From NCBI GenBank assembly GCA_002269645.1, contig NIVC01003914.1, positions 1-27,728 of the forward strand: DNA of 27,728 nucleotides, read 5' to 3'. Under the pieces are notes generated by a model that saw only the letters and a program-made list of their open reading frames with translations, was not told the origin of the DNA and made no database searches. The stretch comes from Macrostomum lignano. Lineage: Eukaryota. A program made the position numbers and the translations under genes. Positions 21,401 through 27,728 of this stretch are shown here, in pieces; position 1 is the stretch's first letter; each line of letters opens with the position of its first letter.

Positions 21401-23182
21401 ATGATGTCAACAGCAATAAACCAACCGAATTGTTCCTGGCTACTTCTAGCCCATCCGGCTCAGTTCGACCCCTTGGACATTGCCTCTCTGCTGCGCCTGT
21501 TAGAGTGCCAAAACCTGACGGAGTCTGCTGCGGCAGTTCGAGGTCAGTTATTCGATATTGAGGAAGCTGAGCGGCGCGCCCTGCCCACACTTCGTGTCGT
21601 GGCCGCCGCGTACGCCGCACTGATGCTGGTTGGCGCCTGCGGCAACGGTATAGTAGCCTACATTGTGCTGGCTAATCGGCGCCTGCGCACGCCTAGGAAT
21701 TTGTACATAGCCAACCTGGCCCTGTCCGACCTGACACTGTGCGGCCTCACTCAGCCGTTGAATTTGGTGAAGCTGTTTCAGCGCTACAACGGCTGGGCGT
21801 TCGGCCAGGCTGCCTGCAAGCTGGTAAACACACTGACTGGACTGAACGCCTTTGTGTCTACGTATGCCATTGTGGCCATTGCCTGCGATCGTCTGCTGGT
21901 ATGTCAAAGTACGGGGTTTTTGGGCTTTGTGATATAATTTAGGTATAATAAAACTGCGACCTATATGCTATGGATATCCGTTTTACGTTCTAACCAATTC
22001 CAGTACCTCCGTGGACCTCGCCGAAACAGTCGGCCCGGGACGCTCGGTCAATCGTCGACGTCAATCTCGACAGGCCGCAGCCGGTTGAGTGGCCGCGGCA
22101 AAGCCGCTAGGACTATCGTCTGCGTCTGGATTCTGGCCGCGCTTCTGGCCAGCCCGCTTGCCTGGTTTGCCGAGATCGTTGAGTTCCGTTCGCCGCTTGG
22201 GCTGCGACTGCTCTGTACGGAGCTAGCAGTCTTAGACTGGCGGATGAAGCTATGGAAGCTGGGCTACAGCGGGCTGGCATTGCTAGTCCAGTACTTGGTG
22301 CCATTGTGCACAGTGACAGTTGCCTACGGGATTGTCTGCCACCGGCTCAACGGCCGCGTCCGTCGTCGTAGAACCTCGCCAAATCTCACCGCCTATCAGC
22401 GCCGACGAGCTGAGCAGGAATGGCGCCGGAGCCGACGCGCGAACCTCGTTCTGGCGCTCATCATCCTGGTGTTCGCCATCGCTTGGCTGCCTCTGACGCT
22501 CAGCAACGTCAGACACGACCTGTATGGTCTATTTGCTTCACTGCACGACAGCGGAGAGGGAAACGTATCAACGTATCCTAACCTGCGTCACTACGAGGCG
22601 CAATCAAACGACAGCGCCACGACCGAGGCGATCTCTAGATGGATACCTCTGCTGATTATCCCGCTGTCCGCCTGCCTAAATCCGCTACTCTACGGCCTGT
22701 TAAACTGCAATATTCAGGCGGAACTACGACGCTCTCTCGGTCAGTTTTGTTTGAGATCGGCGCCGGCTGGCTGTGGCGGCTGCGGAGGAGACGCCATTGC
22801 CGGAGGCAGACGACGGCACAGACGGCAAACCGTAGTGCTCGTACCACCCGCAGCGGCTCATGAGACTGCTCAAAACGAAGGAAATAGCCTCGTTGCTGAA
22901 GTAGACGGAAGTGACAATAATGAATGCATCATCTGCGGATCGACAGCCGAAGACGCAGTCACTACGCTGGGCGAATTCGGCGGCCGTACAGACACTGGCG
23001 GGCAATGGGACACGCTGCTAACTGACGTTGTGGAGCTCGTAAACAACCCGACGGTGGTCCCTCGCGTGCCAGACACGCTGGCTCCGACACCGTCTCCAAC
23101 GCTATCGTCGCCACAGCAATTGCTGCCATTGATGCCGTTCATTGACGATGATATACATGTAGAAGACGAAAGTCTTTGCTAG
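21401..23182 (+). CDS. Class A (rhodopsin) GPCR, NPY/NPF receptor-like, 2 coding exons, 558 aa
   Basis: join(21401-21898,22004-23182). Intron is 105 nt, CTG|GTATGT...TTCCAG|TAC. Seven hydrophobic helices. Motifs GN (TM1), RNLYIANLALSDL.LC, W.FG..ACK, DRL, W4.50, AWLP and CLNPLLYG; N6.55 and D6.59 are present. Confidence 0.92.
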
Positions 23183-24132
23183 GTGATCTCTGATTGTTCC
23201 AGCAAGCTATTGGACCACGTGATGTTTAGGAAGGTGGTCGCACTTTTTGACAGTCTGATTCTGGATACTGTTTTCTTTTCATGTGCAAATCACTTTGCTA
23301 GCTGTGACTCGTGTCAGGGACGCTTTTGACTCGGGATTATCCGGCCACACCTTTTGTCGATTGTATAGCGTCGCATACAGTTAATCAATTCTACATTGGC
23401 TCATTAAGGCAATATATTATATTTTCTTTGATTTGCTTGATTCCATCAAAGGTTCATCGCAACAAAACAATTTTTATTAATGTTGTCTACTATCCTAAGC
23501 AAGTTTATCAGCTCATGGTGAATATCCTACTCCATCACTCCAAGTGAAAAATTAAACAACATGACTATACGGAGTCTGGATAGGTTTTTGCATGCAATAT
23601 CGTTTAAAGTGACTCATTGTTCAATGGAAACGATTTATTTGACTGGCGTGTTTAGTAATGCTTCAGTATATTTTTTTACAAACGCTAGGCCTACTAAGTC
23701 GCGAACTATTAGAAGGTAGCAAATTATGGGCGACAATGAATTAGGTGAAAAGTTTTTTACATCGGATTACAGGCAAAGTGCGAAGGAGGCAACTTCAAGA
23801 CTGAAATCTTGCTAAAGACCTTTGCATTCAGCTAAAGTTCCTCCAGCAAAATTGCATTTGTGTGAGGCGGGAATCTCTCGTAACAATACTTGAAATAATA
23901 AAATGGAAAAGGCTAAAAACGTGCAGCAAAAATGAGCAAAGGTTTGCATAATGTAAATCTGTAGAGAAATTTTCATCAATCACGCATGGCCGGTGGGAAA
24001 ACTAGAGAAGGTCAGATAGCTCGTACCAAGGATTCTATCAAATACCACATCGGTATGGTAGGGCATTTAACTCCAAAAACTCGACAAATTTGACATTAAA
24101 ATGGAGCACTTCAATCAAGACTCGGACCGAGT

Positions 24133-24891
24133 TCAAGTGGAAGAGTGAGCCAAGTCTTTGTTTAGAGCCTTCGAGCAGAGCTCCTGCAAGTAACCGATAG
24201 TGCAGGCGGCGCACTGCCCGCAGATATCGTCAACCGAAGCCAGCCTTGGCAGGTCGTGCTCGGCGCAGTGATTCAGCGGCACCTTCTGTATCTTGCCCTC
24301 CACCCGGGTTACCGAGCGCTTGGTTGATAGGTAGATTTCTTCGACCATGCTCTGCAGGTGGCGAATCTTCTTCTTCAAGATGAGGGACAGAGTCTCGGAA
24401 GACAGGCCGAGCTCCTCGGCGCGGGACTCGAGCAGCTCCACTGGCAGGGCGCAGCAAAAGTCGGTGGCGTATCGCTTCAGGGCGCCAAGGTCGAAACGAT
24501 CGGCCAGCTCCAGTGCAGCAAACACCGTCTCGTCCTTCAGGCTGCGCAGGAGACGCTCCTCGCAGTCGCGCACCAGCGGCTCAACCTGAAGCCGGTGCAC
24601 CAGCGGTAGGAGGCTTAGCGCGCCGGCGTAGTCGATTTCACAGCCTCCAGGCGTGTAGATGGCGCGCAACATCAATTCCACTGTTTCTGGGGCGTCCTCT
24701 GGTAGGCTAATTGTCTGCGACTGCTGCTCCTGACACGGATTAGTGAGCATGGCTCGAAACACGGGCGACCACAACGACAGGAGAATCCGGTGGGCGCGGA
24801 GTCGCTGCCTCTCGGGTCCGGCCAGCAGGGTGACGTCGCTGAACAGTAGGCTGTCCTGGCGAAAGTCCAGACCAGCGCCACCGGAGGACAT
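24133..24891 (-). CDS. BTB/POZ-domain protein (SPOP/BTBD-like BTB plus BACK-like helices, Cys/His-rich C-terminus); true start may lie at 25085
   Basis: FSDVTLLAG...LRAHRILLSLWSPVFRAMLT..QE..SQTISLPED...V..MLRAIY is a canonical BTB domain. The reading frame stays open upstream to 25059 through a polyQ tract. Confidence 0.88.
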   Translation of the reverse strand: MSSGGAGLDFRQDSLLFSDVTLLAGPERQRLRAHRILLSLWSPVFRAMLTNPCQEQQSQTISLPEDAPETVELMLRAIYTPGGCEIDYAGALSLLPLVHRLQVEPLVRDCEERLLRSLKDETVFAALELADRFDLGALKRYATDFCCALPVELLESRAEELGLSSETLSLILKKKIRHLQSMVEEIYLSTKRSVTRVEGKIQKVPLNHCAEHDLPRLASVDDICGQCAACTIGYLQELCSKALNKDLAHSST

Positions 24892-26341
24892 CGGACTAGA
24901 TAGGTTGACGACGCTGCCGCTGCCACTGCCGCCAACTCCGGCGCGCTTTCTAGGTCGAGTTGCTACTGTCGATGATGAAGCAATTGGAGGATGCTGAGGT
25001 TGCTGTTGCTGAGGTTGCGATTGCTGATGCTGCTGCTGCTGCTGCCTGCCAACAGTGGGCTATTTGGTGATGGAGACGAGGACATAACCTTATTGTCTAT
25101 TCAACAGGCCTACTTCTTTCCCACTCTGCTTCAAGCAAATTCTCTTTTCCGCCTGCAAGCCGTCGCCTAAATGTGCTGCATTTTTTGCCGTTCGTTTTCC
25201 GCCTCTTCACGTTTGGTCAATCGTTGCGGTCGGGCCGGGCGCACGATTTCTGATGGGTCTGGCGGAAGGCTGTGGGACCCAAGCTTGTGAAAGTACTACC
25301 AGTGTGCGGCTTGGCAGGCCACGGCGGCTTCGTTGGAATATTGGAAGAAAATGTCGGAGCAAAAGGTGGGGAGGTTCCCTCATCCTGGATCTTGCAGACT
25401 ATGCTGTTAGCCCCTGGGCTTCCATCCGATTTGCACCCGTCTTCCTCCTCCACTCCGAAACCGCACAGTATTTGGAAACGACTGCGTCAACAACATCCGA
25501 GCGGATCTGCAGACTTTCTGGGTCCTCACCAACTTCTATGCAGCTGAAATTGTACGGAGCGGCAAAGCTAAGCAACAGCACAGTTTAGGTAAGCTGTGCA
25601 AAGCTGAAAGTTCAAATCAGAACGCTTTTTGTAGGCCTGCCAATTGGTGTTGCTTATGCTTGGAGCCTCACTAATATTGTAGAATTGCTGATATTGGCTG
25701 CTGGGGAATTCAGATGGAGTGTGTGTATGAAAATGAACAGATGTCTTTGGTGCAAGGGTATGGAAGCTGGGGTTGACAGATAGTCTCGCATAGAATTCAG
25801 TGTGTAAATGTTGGAAACATGGCCGGGTACAGTCGGTGTGGCTGCAAGTTGTGGGAAGCTTAAATAGCTTTTGCATTTCGATCAAGAACCGAAGTTTCTA
25901 TGAATTTAATCCCGATGCTTACTGCAATGGTTCCGCTCGCCTAGAGCCTATTGTCAGGTATCGTTTCTATTTTCTGCTTAATCCCCAGGTAGCAGCGCAG
26001 GTAGCATCGAGTTCTACTGCCACATCGAAGGCGCATTTACAGCTTAGGGTTTAAAATATAGGAGTTGCTATACCAGGCGAAATGCAGGATTATGAAGGAT
26101 AAAGATGGAGTTTATCATGTGAAACGATGCAAGCAGGTGTATTACGAGTAGATGCACCAGATCAGGTGCTAGGTGATTTTTAAATATATTCTCGTAACAC
26201 CCTATTCCCTATTTATTTAGCTGCCTAGCGGCAAAAAGATATGGCATAAATCTCTGAGTTAAAGCAGTTCCTACTGTTGAGGTTATGCTCAGTTAAACCA
26301 CTATATAAAGTCATTTTATTTAGCGGGATTTAAGAAAACAT

Positions 26342-26410
26342 AAAACATACGAGGGCTATATAACGATTTCCGAGACATTATTTCCCGAAAAATCGTTATG
26401 TCCCTGTTTT
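26342..26410. repeat. Imperfect inverted repeat downstream of the Crypton relic (possible subterminal structure)
   Basis: ATAACGATTT (26360) / AAATCGTTAT (26390), extended by AAAACA..AGGG / CCCTGTTTT. Confidence 0.4.
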
Positions 26411-26719
26411 TATAAGATAAAACTTATTGCCTTTCTCAGTTTGATTTTGAAAGTCAAACGGAATTTTAACGTGTAGAACAATTTCCACGTGTTGAGGGTT
26501 TAATTAATTGGCGAACAACTTTACCTTAGACAACAAACAAACACAAAATATCTCTGCAACTGTTTAACAGAGTACATTTAGCATGCACTTCATGTGAAGA
26601 CTTCCTTCAAAGATTTATCGCCAGTAATGCCCAAATTAATTGTACTGTAATTGATGGTCACACTATAGTCCTTGAAGTTGAAATTAATCGATTGGGCTTG
26701 GCCCGTTCACTTAACGACA

Positions 26720-27728
26720 CTCTCAAGACTTTTTCCATCCAAAATTGCATTGCATTCTTCGAGTTGGACATCAGACGTTTCGTAGCAATCGCAGTGCAGC
26801 TTTAATCGACTTCGATGTACATTGCAGTCTCGATCCCTGATGAGCTGTCCAAATTCACGTTTGCTGGTACATGTGCATTGTACAAACGGGTGGCCCATGT
26901 GGCACGCAGCAGGCTGTGTAGTCACTCGGTCGAAGGATTCCTTCCTCGATGCACATTTCGTTCATGAATCCACATAGCGTATTTTTACCAATAGGCCGCG
27001 ATTGGCCTATAGCTACCGTTGCAATATAGAAACGGCCGGGGGTCGCTCCTGCTGGACGCTTGAGCTAGTAAACATTCTTCAAGTATAGGCTCACATGGCA
27101 TCTAGCCGAGTGGGTAGTAGGACTTAAAGTGGACAACGTCAACCTCATTTGGTTTAATTCTTGTGAGACTGTGGCGAATCCACCTGTGTTGGTCTTTAAC
27201 AGTTTCCACGATAAGCCAATTAAGCAAACGTTTTGCTCGTCTATCTCTAGCTATCTCACACAGTTTATCGATTCTCAGAGCGATGTGCATCTCTCCTCAT
27301 TAGGGCAAAACTAAATACATTTAGATAGAAAAGTGAACTTATAAGTAAGTTCTTAGGTGGCTCATTGCCCAGCACACTGTTCCATAATTTTTTCGCCGGC
27401 GTCGGCATCGGCACATTCTCTCCGCAGACCTCAACTCGGTCCCTCCTCAATTAGCACCGATTTTTATTGCAGCATCAAAAATCTCCCAAAAGACGAAATT
27501 CTCACCTCGGAAAAATATCACGTGTCAATTGGATCAGATCGTTTGTAGTGATCTGCAGACAATTGCAAGGCCAAGCCTAAACCGGCCGTGCAATTTACAA
27601 CTATATATCGAGGCAGCTCCATAAATGAACTATATGGATTGAACTGGTTGATGGAGACGTCCAACTCATCAAAAGACACGGCGCATGGAGTCTAGCAGTG
27701 TGAAGCCAGCGACGCAGCGAGTAAAAAC
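26720..27728 (-). pseudogene. Crypton DNA transposon tyrosine recombinase (DUF3504-like) relic, frameshifted, truncated by the window edge
   Basis: Stitched frames give DELDVSINQF..., FDAAIK, KLWNSVLGNEPPKNLLISSLFYLNVFSFAL, KTNTGG, SARCHVSLY, KRP...FY, PIGKNTLCGFMNEMCIEEGI, HSL(L)RATWATRLYNAHVP, QLIRDR..HRS and TSDVQLEECNAILDG. This is the expected motif order for Crypton/ZMYM YR domains. Confidence 0.82.

Noticed and set aside
22113-24997. Antisense and alternate-frame ORFs over the GPCR and BTB exons (also over the SLC22 exons)
   Set aside because: Shadow ORFs of GC-rich coding DNA with no recognisable domains.

Overview
This is eukaryotic (invertebrate-like) genomic DNA with GC-rich exons in AT-rich, transposon-dense introns and intergenic DNA. 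The style is consistent with a free-living flatworm such as Macrostomum, but that is inference only. Three protein genes are supported. The first is a 9-exon SLC22/MFS organic cation transporter on the minus strand (CDS 15019->7299, 585 aa, all intron phases close). The second is a 2-exon NPY/NPF-type class A GPCR on the plus strand (21401-23182, 558 aa). The third is a BTB/POZ protein on the minus strand (24891->24133) whose 5' end looks frameshifted or spliced. Mobile DNA includes a ~1.28 kb mariner pseudogene whose 3' TIR is split by an 864 bp hAT-type MITE, tRNA-derived SINEs, several foldback/MITE elements with TSDs, three minisatellites, a possible Gypsy relic, and a frameshifted Crypton (DUF3504 tyrosine recombinase) relic running off the right edge. 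No rRNA, intact tRNA or CRISPR array was found. I found no clear novel multi-gene system. The best leads are the Crypton relic with GCGAAGC-centred palindromes, TACATGTA footprint-like octamers (one inside the GPCR CDS), the BTB polyQ frameshift, ligand-pocket substitutions in the GPCR, and local CpG-decay signatures.
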